A stretch of 59,830 nt of DNA from a virus (taxonomy: Duplodnaviria > Caudoviricetes): positions 1-59,830 of the IMG/VR virus record IMGVR_UViG_3300029224_000008. One strand, 5' to 3'. Below are positions 8,125 to 17,720 of this stretch, in pieces. A program made the position numbers and the translations under genes. Each line of letters starts with the position of its first letter. Position 1 is the first letter of the stretch. Below the pieces are notes generated by a model, which saw only the letters and a list, made by a program, of their open reading frames with translations, was not told where the DNA came from and searched no databases.

Positions 8125-8319
8125 TCAATCCTCTTCCTCTATGCCAACTCGGCGTCGATGTATTGCTGCTGTTCTATTCATCTGTCCAACAGTGAGTAGA
8201 CCGCGCCGGTCGTCATCAATCAGCCCGGCGATGAACTCGATCTCGTCACAGTCTAAGCCGACACCGAGTTCATCGATCTCTTCAACGAGTTCCCAGTATT
8301 CCTGTTGCGCCAGTGTCAT
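8125..8319 (-). CDS. Hypothetical protein
   Basis: 64-aa ORF coupled to the methyltransferase stop. Confidence 0.6.
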   Translation of the reverse strand: MTLAQQEYWELVEEIDELGVGLDCDEIEFIAGLIDDDRRGLLTVGQMNRTAAIHRRRVGIEEED

Positions 8320-9227
8320 TCCAAGTCTTCTCGCAAGTGTTCGATGTATGTCGGGCTTCGATCCACCCCTACGAACTTACGGTCCAGCGTTCTGCATACA
8401 TGACCCAGGGAGCCGCTGCCTGCAAAGGCATCAACAACAGTGTCCCCTGGGTTCGACCAGCCCCTCACAATTCGAGTCAGGAGTTCAGGTGGAAGCTGAC
8501 AGGGATGCCAACTGCATCGATCGCGCGATGACCCCTGGAGTCTGCGGATGTCCCACACCTGCCCCAGGGCGTCGCTCTCTTCTCGTGCGAACTCAAGGGC
8601 TGCTCGGATGTCCAGAACGCTTCGCCCTTGAAGATGGCGTGCTAGGTCATCAAGCAGTAGTGACTGCTCGTCCCACACTGTACCGGGTACGCGGCCAGCG
8701 GGGTTCGCTCGCTTGTCGGCGCTGCGACGCCCCTTCTTTGTGCTCATCAGTAAACGATCAGAAGCGCACCGGATCTGGTCTGGGTTCCAGGTGACCTCAC
8801 CGTTGTTGGTGCTCACGCGATGACAGAAAATAAATCGATAGTCGTGGGTCAGCTTCCGATCACCCTGATACTGGGCGAACTTTTCGTGCCAAACAATTCG
8901 GTGTAGCCGAGGGCCGATCACCCGTGTCAGCACATCACCAATCCAATCACTGTGGATCTCAGGAACCATCCACCAAAGCGTTGCGCCTGGCTTAGCTGCG
9001 CCTAACAGGCAGGAGAGGGTGTTGAGGGTGAAGTCCTCATACTGTTGCTGCGACATATTGTCACCGGTCGGGTCATCCTCGTAGTCGTAGCCAATATTGT
9101 AGGGAGGATCAGCAAAGAGGATACTGGCCTTGTCCTCAATCGGCGCAGGGTTGAGGATGTCCCCCGATTTATTATAGTCGTGCTCGATCAGCGTACAGGG
9201 CCAGGATGTGAGTTCGTGGGTGTTCAT
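8316..9227 (-). CDS. N6-adenine/N4-cytosine DNA methyltransferase, beta class
   Basis: DPPY catalytic motif first; HPCQLP and VVDAFAGSGS SAM-binding motif near the C-terminus. Confidence 0.93.
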   Translation of the reverse strand: MNTHELTSWPCTLIEHDYNKSGDILNPAPIEDKASILFADPPYNIGYDYEDDPTGDNMSQQQYEDFTLNTLSCLLGAAKPGATLWWMVPEIHSDWIGDVLTRVIGPRLHRIVWHEKFAQYQGDRKLTHDYRFIFCHRVSTNNGEVTWNPDQIRCASDRLLMSTKKGRRSADKRANPAGRVPGTVWDEQSLLLDDLARHLQGRSVLDIRAALEFAREESDALGQVWDIRRLQGSSRDRCSWHPCQLPPELLTRIVRGWSNPGDTVVDAFAGSGSLGHVCRTLDRKFVGVDRSPTYIEHLREDLE

Positions 9228-9230
9228 AAT

Positions 9231-10727
9231 TTACCAGATTTCAATCGGGGCTGCATCTAGGGAGATTCCCATTGCAGCAAGGGCTTTGTTCTTGGGGACT
9301 GTTGAACGAACTTGACACTTACGGTCGGTACCCCTGACGGACGAAATACTGATGGATTGATTATCAGGGGTGGCGTGGTTTCTTACTTCAATGAGTTTGT
9401 CCAGGTCGCCCCCGTTGATGTGGTTCAGCATGACTTGGCTCATGCTGCGAACAGCTTCTCTGCCTCCACTGACCATCACAACTGTGCTCTTGCGACAGGT
9501 GGCTCGTCCTACATCTTCCGTCACACCAACCTCGATGGTGTTTATGGTTAGACTGGAAACATTAACTAATGACATGGCGACGCCCGCATTCGTAGATACA
9601 ATCCATTTATTGTCATCGCCTTTATATTCCAGGTGAGTAATAGGCTGAAGTCTATCGATGACCACATGCCTGATGTACCCGGAGCACGGCCATTCTGGGT
9701 TCTCGTTGGTACCGAAACTCATACCATTTGCAACCCGAGTGATGAGGGGAGGGATCTCACAGTCGATGCACAGACCGCGACCCTTAGTGACCATCCCCAC
9801 ATTCGCTACACCGTCGATAGTGAGAATGCAGTTAGACTGGAACATGATCCCATCAGCGCCTTGCCCCCAGTAGAACCCATTACTGAACATATCGGTGTAT
9901 TCACGGTTGGGATCGTTGGTCATGTCCCAGCCAATATTACTGAGACTAATTAGACCACTGAATGATATGTCTTTAACTGCCCCAAAGTACATACCCGCCG
10001 CACGGTGAGCTTTGTCTTTCCAGAAGCCTGAGTCTGTCTTGTTAGGCGATGTCTTGGGGCGACCTGGGTTCACACAGTAGGACAGGTCATAATTGTGGAA
10101 ATGGATGTTGTAGGGCCGAGAGGATTGACGATCATTTTTAATGTCTGAGCCGCCGCCAATACCATACTTGAATCGAGTGCAGACAGTGTTGATGAATAAG
10201 ATGTCGTGATGCAAGCCGAGAAGGGTCATTGCTTCTGTGCCTGATCCTTCGGACCCTGCATTGAGATGAAGTCCTACGAACACCACATAGCTGAGCAATG
10301 TTTGAGAAGTGAGCCTGATATTGTCACTGATTTCAATACCCTTAGAAAACCGAATAATCAATGGACTGTTCTCCCGGCCCGATGCGCCATGTTCTAGCAG
10401 ATATTCTGTAATACCTTCTGCCGCGTCATAGGTCATCACATGGACCATGCCGCCAACATTGCGAAGGGTAGACAGAGCCTGTTGCGCCTCTTCGTTGGTG
10501 TAAGCCGCAAGGACATACTCTGCCGGGGGCTGTTCCACGAGTCCGTAGAGATCGTAGTCATCTGGATCCACCTTGGGAGGTTGAGGGATTACAACATCAG
10601 GCTCTGCCCTCATCCACATATGCTCTCCCTCTTGGAAGTCGAGAGATACCTCATCACAGGCATCGTTGCGAAGCGTGATTCGGGTGTTACTGGTGAAGGC
10701 GAGAGGGTAAGGTACAAACTTCTGCAT
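9231..10727 (-). CDS. Large hypothetical protein, probable parallel beta-helix
   Basis: Start at ATG 10727 after GGAG; repeated short beta-strand patterns rich in I/N/G (HHDILFINTV, YNIHFHN, KDISFSG). Confidence 0.7.
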   Translation of the reverse strand: MQKFVPYPLAFTSNTRITLRNDACDEVSLDFQEGEHMWMRAEPDVVIPQPPKVDPDDYDLYGLVEQPPAEYVLAAYTNEEAQQALSTLRNVGGMVHVMTYDAAEGITEYLLEHGASGRENSPLIIRFSKGIEISDNIRLTSQTLLSYVVFVGLHLNAGSEGSGTEAMTLLGLHHDILFINTVCTRFKYGIGGGSDIKNDRQSSRPYNIHFHNYDLSYCVNPGRPKTSPNKTDSGFWKDKAHRAAGMYFGAVKDISFSGLISLSNIGWDMTNDPNREYTDMFSNGFYWGQGADGIMFQSNCILTIDGVANVGMVTKGRGLCIDCEIPPLITRVANGMSFGTNENPEWPCSGYIRHVVIDRLQPITHLEYKGDDNKWIVSTNAGVAMSLVNVSSLTINTIEVGVTEDVGRATCRKSTVVMVSGGREAVRSMSQVMLNHINGGDLDKLIEVRNHATPDNQSISISSVRGTDRKCQVRSTVPKNKALAAMGISLDAAPIEIW

Positions 10728-10746
10728 GGTTTTATCTCCGTGACTG

Positions 10747-10774
10747 ACTATACACAACACTGGCGGCAAGTCAA
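10747..10774 (-). promoter_or_regulatory. Sigma70-like promoter
   Basis: TTGACT-N16-TATAGT. Confidence 0.55.
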
Positions 10775-11337
10775 CACGCCCTGAACGGAGGGCGTTCTTT
10801 CATCTCTGCCTCTAGCGTGTTAATCCTAGAAGCTAGCATCTCTAGGTTCCTTGAGTCTGCATCTTGCCTCTGAGACTGCTGAACCACTTCTTTGGTCAAC
10901 ATGCTAAATCTATCTTCCTGTACAGATCGTCCCTTGCCCCTCTCTACACGCATGGCCATCCAGTGTGCAAAGATGCTACCACTCATGGTACACAGTGTGT
11001 AAACAGTCAGGAACGCCACAGGACTGGCCTTCATCTGGGCGATCATGTCGATACTCAGAAACAGCAGCGCCGCGTAGATGCCGTTGCTGAAGACCGAAGC
11101 CACCAGGTGGTAACCCAGTGAGCCCGAGTTGCGCCCACGACTGACGAAGGTGAATGCAATGTTCTGTACGAAACCCAGTGCGGCAATGGGCCACAGGTTG
11201 GGCTCTATCGCCCAGACGAGCATCCAGGCTGTTGCATATGCTGTGCTGAGCAAACACAAGATACCATCGGCTCGATTTACCCACATCAGAAGAGTAGTGA
11301 GCAGTAGGATACAGGTGATGATTGCGATGGCAGTCAT
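10771..11337 (-). CDS. Multi-pass membrane protein with C-terminal coiled coil
   Basis: About 5 hydrophobic segments; QNIAFTFVSRGRNSGSLGYH motif; ATG 11337 after GGAG. Confidence 0.75.
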   Translation of the reverse strand: MTAIAIITCILLLTTLLMWVNRADGILCLLSTAYATAWMLVWAIEPNLWPIAALGFVQNIAFTFVSRGRNSGSLGYHLVASVFSNGIYAALLFLSIDMIAQMKASPVAFLTVYTLCTMSGSIFAHWMAMRVERGKGRSVQEDRFSMLTKEVVQQSQRQDADSRNLEMLASRINTLEAEMKERPPFRAC

Positions 11338-11381
11338 TATGCAGAATCTCCGGTGGTTGGTGTGTACTTGGTCATACTGAT

Positions 11382-11409
11382 AGCATACAGGCAAGCCGAC
11401 ACAGGTCAA
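11382..11409 (-). promoter_or_regulatory. Sigma70-like promoter
   Basis: TTGACC-N16-TATGCT. Confidence 0.55.
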
Positions 11410-11415
11410 GGCTTC

Positions 11416-13848
11416 TTATGCAAATACATCGTTTCCGTAGTCCGGTAACGACTCGGGAGGTAGATCATCAGTCCAGTTATGTGGACCCCCGTAGTTCTCA
11501 TCGAAGTGCTTGCGGCAATCTTCAAGACCTGGTAGAACATAGAAGTAAGGCCGAGCCACTGTCTTTGTTCCACCTGATGCTTGTGGTATCTCTGTCGGAC
11601 TGGTCCGCTGCTGTCGCTTGATCCCAGGCACCAGTTCGTAAATGTCCATGCCTATCTTTGTGGAGTTGCCTCGCCTGGATATGTTGAATGAACGCATGTA
11701 GTTCATATAGTCCCAGGCTAGTAAGTCAATGGGTACCATGCCTGTCCACTCATCATGCTCCAGCAGCAGTGTCCCTCGGCGCAGGATGTTCATCCACCAT
11801 TCAGAAGTGGCATCCATGCTCATTGCCTTCTGGTGTTGCAGCGCCTCTGTCTTAGGGACATTGCGGATGGTTACGCCGTGTGACTCGATATCATACTGAA
11901 GCAGGAAGTGTAGCAAGGCTTCTCGTCCACCGTCTTGCTCGAACTGCTTCACCATCGCATCAAAGTACGCGATGTCGTTGATCTTGTCGGGCAGAACATC
12001 CAGCACAAAGTATCGGCGGTCATCGGCAGCCGCAGGTACTACCCACTTCTCGTTGGATGCCATCATAAGGTGAACACAGTTGGGCGCAGGCTCTGCGTCA
12101 ACACCCTTTAGCTCGAACATCAGCATCCGCTCGGTGACAATAGTCTTCAGAACAGATTCATTCTGCTTGTCACCTGCGAAGAACGCCTCGTCAGCGAATA
12201 AGAACACACAGTCTCGCAGGTGAGCGTTAAACTGACCCACCAGGTGCTTGCTGTTGTTGACCATGATTGAGTGCCGACCAAACAACTGTCCGTACAGGTA
12301 TGGTACGATTGACTTACCTGATCCCTGCTTACCCTTCAAGGCAACGGCGCTGTGGCCCTGCTCTCCTGGGTTCTGTACCGCGTTGGCTATCCATGAGATG
12401 AAGTAGTTGTAGTACGACTCCACCCCACCGCAGACAATATTTAATACATGGTCTAGGAACAGAGAACAGTCACCTGGGATTGCCTCACATCCGAAACCTC
12501 GCCACAGGTTATATGCGTTGGGGACATCCTTGCCGGGAGAGAATACAATCTTGGTGAACTGCCGACGATCTCTATGCTTGAGCCACCACTGCCCAGCAGG
12601 CATCTCCTCGCGGCCCGTCTCTTCTCCTTTGGAGTTGGTCTTCGGACCCATATCAATCTGGCGATTCATGTACCTGTTGCGGAAGTGATCGAAGCCCTGC
12701 TTGGACAGGCGGTACCTGTTCAATGTTTCATCTAGTATCTCTTCAATGATTACACACTTGCCGCCATAATTCTCAATGACTGCGTGCTTGTCATTGAACT
12801 CTCGTAGCACAGGGTTGACCGCATCTTCAGTTGCCCGCTCGATTTGCCGTAGAGCATATCGCTCCATGCCGCTGCCTTTTTCCCGGACAGACTCAGACAC
12901 ACGGAAAGTAGGGTCGGTGATGACGCTATAGATGGTATCATCGGGGATATACGCCCTGACAAGTTCGCATACCACCCAGAACAGCATCTCGCTTCGGCTC
13001 TCGAAATGATTTGGCTCATCAGGGTTGCATCCCTGGACGATGTATATTTTGACACTATCTGAAACCTTATCCCCTAGCTCATCCACATGTGTGATGCGGC
13101 TAATATTTGATGGAGCCTTTAGCTTCGGCGCAACACCTATACCATCGCCTTTAGTCAGGCCGTCAGTCTGAGACTGCTGCACCATGACCGCTTTACTGAA
13201 CTCACTGATGTTGAACACACGGTCATCGTGCCACTCAACTAGCTCAGCTAAGGCAGGCACACGGCCCGCCTTTATCTTTTTCGCGTTGGGTTGATTAACG
13301 GTGCCTGGTACTCGCATTATCCTGTCAATGTTCTGAACATGGTCAGCATTGAGCAAGATAGCAATCTGTAGGTTATACAGCTTGTTGGTGTCAGCCAGTT
13401 CTTGCGACCCCCCTGTGGTGATTGGCTCATCGAGCTTCCAGAACCCCTGGTACCCGCCGCCGCTGAAGACAATGGCCGTAGGTGGAGGAAGACCGCCCGG
13501 AGGCTCGCGCAGCAGGGCCAGTATCCTCTCCTGCTCCTGGGCGACACTCCTGCTCTCTACGGGGTCTACATCCACATGCAGGAAGTGCATGGCCTGCACA
13601 TCGGTTTCTTCTAGCTTCTTGCTGAACTTCTGTTTGGGCTCGCCTACCCCGAAATACACATTTGCTGGCATCTTGGCGCAGGCCGTGATCCACTTGATGA
13701 ACTGAGCCTTATCCTTGGGGCCGAATGATTCTGTAGGGATGGACTTCTTATCCAAGCTGACCCCGGTCAAGACAAACAGGCGATCCTCGTGGAATCGTTG
13801 CATGAAGTCCCATGAGGCTTCGTAGTCTGGTTGGATACCTTCAATCAT
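11416..13848 (-). CDS. Primase-helicase (RepB-like primase domain plus D5/SF3-like helicase)
   Basis: HVDVD, VFSGGGYQGFW, DRIMRVPGTVN; Walker A GKQGSGKS; Walker B FADEA. Confidence 0.9.
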   Translation of the reverse strand: MIEGIQPDYEASWDFMQRFHEDRLFVLTGVSLDKKSIPTESFGPKDKAQFIKWITACAKMPANVYFGVGEPKQKFSKKLEETDVQAMHFLHVDVDPVESRSVAQEQERILALLREPPGGLPPPTAIVFSGGGYQGFWKLDEPITTGGSQELADTNKLYNLQIAILLNADHVQNIDRIMRVPGTVNQPNAKKIKAGRVPALAELVEWHDDRVFNISEFSKAVMVQQSQTDGLTKGDGIGVAPKLKAPSNISRITHVDELGDKVSDSVKIYIVQGCNPDEPNHFESRSEMLFWVVCELVRAYIPDDTIYSVITDPTFRVSESVREKGSGMERYALRQIERATEDAVNPVLREFNDKHAVIENYGGKCVIIEEILDETLNRYRLSKQGFDHFRNRYMNRQIDMGPKTNSKGEETGREEMPAGQWWLKHRDRRQFTKIVFSPGKDVPNAYNLWRGFGCEAIPGDCSLFLDHVLNIVCGGVESYYNYFISWIANAVQNPGEQGHSAVALKGKQGSGKSIVPYLYGQLFGRHSIMVNNSKHLVGQFNAHLRDCVFLFADEAFFAGDKQNESVLKTIVTERMLMFELKGVDAEPAPNCVHLMMASNEKWVVPAAADDRRYFVLDVLPDKINDIAYFDAMVKQFEQDGGREALLHFLLQYDIESHGVTIRNVPKTEALQHQKAMSMDATSEWWMNILRRGTLLLEHDEWTGMVPIDLLAWDYMNYMRSFNISRRGNSTKIGMDIYELVPGIKRQQRTSPTEIPQASGGTKTVARPYFYVLPGLEDCRKHFDENYGGPHNWTDDLPPESLPDYGNDVFA

Positions 13849-14270
13849 TTAGGCATGGTCCTCTTGAGTGCTGTGATGAAGCCTGTTCTGCTTGGTGTGT
13901 GACCCCAGGCTGCGCAGGCAAGTTGTCGAAGCTGTCCTGCTGGAACCTTCCCCACATGTAGTGCTGCAACCATGCCATCAAACAGAAGCCATTCATCGCC
14001 CATGAGGAGGAGGAGCCAGCACGCGCCGCCGACATTTGCTCGGCCAGCAAGCCAGGCCCGTTGCTCGGGTGTGAAGTGGTCCAGCCGGACGGGGGTGTTC
14101 ACCCGCTTCGGCATATCGGCCTTGCGTTTCTGCTTTAGTTCGATCCATCCGAGCGAACAGTTTACATCAGGAACACCCTTCTGATCTTCGCACTCTATGC
14201 GTTTAGGGTGGAACCCTGCAAGTAGGGGCTTGACCCTATCCCAGAATAATGATTCAGGATTGCGTGCCAT
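13845..14270 (-). CDS. PD-(D/E)XK nuclease, putative Holliday junction resolvase (VRR-NUC-like)
   Basis: RIE..GVPDV..WIELK..EQRAWL. Confidence 0.8.
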   Translation of the reverse strand: MARNPESLFWDRVKPLLAGFHPKRIECEDQKGVPDVNCSLGWIELKQKRKADMPKRVNTPVRLDHFTPEQRAWLAGRANVGGACWLLLLMGDEWLLFDGMVAALHVGKVPAGQLRQLACAAWGHTPSRTGFITALKRTMPK

Positions 14271-14704
14271 TATTCATCAGGCATCAGGTAGTCGAACAGA
14301 CGACATGTGATTTGAGTGTAGTCCACTCTCGCAACTACATCTTCGGTCATGGGGAGCCAGGTTGTTGCGTCATACACAACCAGGCCAATCCATCTCGCCA
14401 GCATGATCTCAGCCAGTGCGCCTGTGGACCTCTCCCATCCAGGCAGCAGAGCAATCCCATCACCCCGCTCCGCCCGAAGAGATAGGATCGCCGTACAATC
14501 ACGGTCGGCGAACATCCGCATCTTCGCAGGCGAGTTCACATCTTCAAGCAGGTCATCCTCGGTGTGGCCGATCTCTCGATCTAGGTCGGCGGGTGAGATG
14601 ACGGTGTGCCCCAAGGCACGACCGGCCTCTGCGGCCTTATCAAATGCCGGAAAGTTAAACTTGGGCAGACCCCGCATAGGGCCGGACAGGTAAAATGTAG
14701 CCAT
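14270..14704 (-). CDS. DUF4406-like protein (nucleoside deoxyribosyltransferase-like fold)
   Basis: YLSGPMRGLPKFNFPAF, SPA, LLPGWERSTGALAE; ATG 14704 after GAGGAG. Confidence 0.85.
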   Translation of the reverse strand: MATFYLSGPMRGLPKFNFPAFDKAAEAGRALGHTVISPADLDREIGHTEDDLLEDVNSPAKMRMFADRDCTAILSLRAERGDGIALLPGWERSTGALAEIMLARWIGLVVYDATTWLPMTEDVVARVDYTQITCRLFDYLMPDE

Positions 14705-14753
14705 GTGTTTCTCCTCTGTGTCATCATACAAGCCCGTTCGTAACAAAGCAAGG

Positions 14754-16718
14754 CTAGTCGCCCATACTGTCGCCCCAGGATGCACCAGTCTCTACATCGA
14801 CATTCATGGGCACCGTCAACTTCACTGCATCTCTCATTATCTGACCCATTTGGTCGGCCTGCGCCTGTCCAGTAACACTAGCAGCGACCTCATCATGCAC
14901 TTGAAGCTGAACATAGATGCCCGCTTCGTGCAGATTAACCACTGCTTGCTTGGTCTGATCGGCGCTGCTACCCTGGATCAATCGATTCAGGCCCTTGTGC
15001 GCCCAGTCGTAGTTCTCATCTTTGCCGGTGACTGGATTTCTAGAGGGGAACGCCTTAAGTGGGAAGTGTAGTTTCCGTCCAAGTAGTGTTCGTATATACC
15101 CTCTGTCTTGAATTGCATCCTGGATCTTGTAGTTGAGTTGTCTGATGAAGGGCGCGCCCTCATGGAACATCCTGAAGAGGGCAGCCCCTTCCTCACCTGC
15201 CATCTCTCTCATCCGTCCTTGCCTGTCTGGTTTCCAGCAGGTAGGCAGCCCAAGCGTCTTGCACAGCTTCGCGCCGCCCATAGAGTAGGACAGGCCCAGG
15301 TAGATGATCTTGGTGGCTTTGTACTCAGTCTTTGTGGCCAACGCCAATGTCTTATATGGGCAGGTCGTCGCGTCCTGCCTTAGCTTCTCTGCAAACTCGT
15401 AGGCACCTCGGCACTTAGTTAGCTCAGCATAGTGAGTAAGAACCCGAGGCTCTTGCTTTGAGTAATCACTGCTTGCCCATAGCATACCCGACTCAGGTAG
15501 GTAGATCGATCGCCAAAGCTGAGCCCATTCGTCTCGGGATGGCTGCTGTTGCAGGTTGGGGTTGGAGGACGATAGCCGCCCGTAGCGTACACCTTTCTCC
15601 TCGTCGGGATCTTGTAGCTCATGGTCTTGCGATGATGATCCTTTGAGTTGATTGAAAGAACAATGAATGCGGCCATCGGTCATGTGGGATCGGATAGATG
15701 CCACGAAAGTATTGTTGAGCTTGTTTAGGCCCCTGGCTCGTACTATTGCATCTGTAATGGGGTCTTTCATGGCCATCAGCATTTGCTTATCAAGCAAATA
15801 CTTACCTTTGGCATTCTGCGCTAGGGTTATCCCCATGTGCGACATCACCCCGATCAAAGCGGAGGCGTTTGTCACATTGTCGAAAGACACGACGCAGCCA
15901 GTCTTGTGTTTTACAAAGTCCAGTGCTTTCTGTGCTTCTGCTATAGCATACCGCTCAACACGAGCCACCTGCTCTTGGTCTATAAGAACACCACGACGGC
16001 GTACTTCCAGCAGAATTGGTAGCACCTGGGACTCTAGGTTATATATCTTCCACAGGCCCTGGTTGTCGATCTCTCGTTCTTGCCTTTTCAGGATAGCAAG
16101 AGGTAGGGTAACATCCCCGATGGCATACTTGGCGACATGGCGAGCAGGGAGTTTCCATAGCTCTTTCTTTGGGTTTACTCCCCAGTCGTCAGCGGCTCTG
16201 CGTAGCTCTTCCTCTAGCTTACCCCCGAACCCCCACCTCTGGGCGATGTTGTCGAGCGAGTAGGACAAGTGCGACTCGTCAATCAAGGGGTCTGCAATCT
16301 GAACATCTCGGAACCACTCAGGGGTAAACGCTACACCCCTCTCGGCCAAGTAATCTAGGTCGTATTGGAGATTAGCACCAACCAGTATTCCCTTGAAACG
16401 CTTAGCCTGGTTTCGTAGATACAACCAGGCCATCTCAGGATTGTCGATGTTGTCGCCACCTGCGTGCCTAACAGGCACATAGAAAGAGGGGCCGCCATCA
16501 ATGGCGAAAGAGAAGCCTGCAATGTATGCACCTCTACGAACCCCAGGCCCCAGCTTCTTTAGGTGGTCATCACGGGTTTCAACATCGATACACACCTTGC
16601 CGTGTTCCGGCCAGTCCGGCAACGCAGACACCGGCGTAGGATGCCAAGGCTTTTCCACAATGTGGTACAGAGGAATCTGTACCTCATTGCGGCCTGTTTT
16701 AATGACACGCCTTGCCAT
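14754..16718 (-). CDS. polA: Family A DNA polymerase with 3'-5' exonuclease
   Basis: ExoI DVET, NLQYD, GRLSSSNPNLQQ, motif A DYSKQEPR, motif B KIIYLGLSY, motif C QVHDE. Confidence 0.96.
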   Translation of the reverse strand: MARRVIKTGRNEVQIPLYHIVEKPWHPTPVSALPDWPEHGKVCIDVETRDDHLKKLGPGVRRGAYIAGFSFAIDGGPSFYVPVRHAGGDNIDNPEMAWLYLRNQAKRFKGILVGANLQYDLDYLAERGVAFTPEWFRDVQIADPLIDESHLSYSLDNIAQRWGFGGKLEEELRRAADDWGVNPKKELWKLPARHVAKYAIGDVTLPLAILKRQEREIDNQGLWKIYNLESQVLPILLEVRRRGVLIDQEQVARVERYAIAEAQKALDFVKHKTGCVVSFDNVTNASALIGVMSHMGITLAQNAKGKYLLDKQMLMAMKDPITDAIVRARGLNKLNNTFVASIRSHMTDGRIHCSFNQLKGSSSQDHELQDPDEEKGVRYGRLSSSNPNLQQQPSRDEWAQLWRSIYLPESGMLWASSDYSKQEPRVLTHYAELTKCRGAYEFAEKLRQDATTCPYKTLALATKTEYKATKIIYLGLSYSMGGAKLCKTLGLPTCWKPDRQGRMREMAGEEGAALFRMFHEGAPFIRQLNYKIQDAIQDRGYIRTLLGRKLHFPLKAFPSRNPVTGKDENYDWAHKGLNRLIQGSSADQTKQAVVNLHEAGIYVQLQVHDEVAASVTGQAQADQMGQIMRDAVKLTVPMNVDVETGASWGDSMGD

Positions 16719-17096
16719 TCACTCACCACCCTCTTGGAGATAATCAATCCATGCTGTGCAGATATTTTTCCAGTCTTCTGCGGCGCACCCGCCTAGGGCC
16801 TCTCGTGCAGCCTCAAACCTCCGGTCGCCTTCTGCCTCATCTGCCAGAAGCCGATGCGCATGGATCATAGGCATGAGCACGCTACGGATCAATGGATCTC
16901 GCGCCCCTATCAGTGGGATTTGATCTACGACCATGCGTGCCTCCGTCATCCACTGTGGACCGTCGCTGTACAGGCTAGATAGCTGCACAGGCTCTGTGCC
17001 CTGGTCGTCAGCGGCATCAGGCTGTATGAGGGCTGTGGCCTCTTGCCCATCGACAAGAAGCACCAGCACCTCATACATGGTCAAGAATGGATTCAT
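16719..17096 (-). CDS. Short protein resembling the fused ends of a YuA/M6-type dUMP hydroxymethylase (probable remnant)
   Basis: NPFLTMYEVL at the N-terminus and DPLIRSVLMPMIHAH..CAAEDWKNICTAW at the C-terminus; adjacent to polA; similarity recalled, not computed. Confidence 0.5.
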   Translation of the reverse strand: MNPFLTMYEVLVLLVDGQEATALIQPDAADDQGTEPVQLSSLYSDGPQWMTEARMVVDQIPLIGARDPLIRSVLMPMIHAHRLLADEAEGDRRFEAAREALGGCAAEDWKNICTAWIDYLQEGGE

Positions 17097-17362
17097 CGCG
17101 TCTTGGGCTGGTGCGGTCTGCGAAGTTGCTGAGCCCGAGTCATGGACTTACGCCCTCGGTGAATGTGCTGCGGCAACGCCCTCAAACTACTGGGCGTCAG
17201 CGCCAAACGAACATCATGCTTAAGTTCTGCGTCTGCTTCGCCAAGTTGGTGAATGAAGAGATCGTAGGCATTCTGACGCGCAACTGGATTAATGATCTCA
17301 ACACGAGGTGATTTGTTCCGGCTCCAGAACTTACGGACTCGGGGGGCATGTTCAATAGTCAT
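17093..17362 (-). CDS. Hypothetical basic protein
   Basis: AAGGAG RBS; TAATG and ATGA coupling. Confidence 0.6.
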   Translation of the reverse strand: MTIEHAPRVRKFWSRNKSPRVEIINPVARQNAYDLFIHQLGEADAELKHDVRLALTPSSLRALPQHIHRGRKSMTRAQQLRRPHQPKTR

Positions 17363-17720
17363 TACGCTATCTCCTTCTTTGGTTTATCGCCGAAACGGTG
17401 GCGGGATTTAGAAATCATGTCTTGAATATTCATTAGTTGTGTTCCTGCTATAATGTGGCAGGGGTTGCAGCATATTGGATTGTCACAGGTGTGTGCATAG
17501 CACACACCTTATCAGAGAGATAGTCCACAGGGTATCCACGAGCGATACAGAACGCCATGCGATGAGCATAGAAGCAGCGACCACGCAGCTTGAACCGACC
17601 ATACCACCCAAGAGTCTTCGCGCCCGTCGTACAGGCCGTCCAGTTCCAGCACTCATCATTCGCTCCTATATCCACCTTGGCCCAGAACCGAGCCAATTCT
17701 TTCCTGGTTGGATAGATCAT
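17362..17720 (-). pseudogene. HNH endonuclease interrupted by a 2-nt frameshift
   Basis: RFWAKVD..CWNWTA..YGRF..AHR in one frame; HTCDNPICCNPCHIIAGTQLMNIQDM in the shifted frame, ending at a TAA that overlaps the next ATG. Confidence 0.85.
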
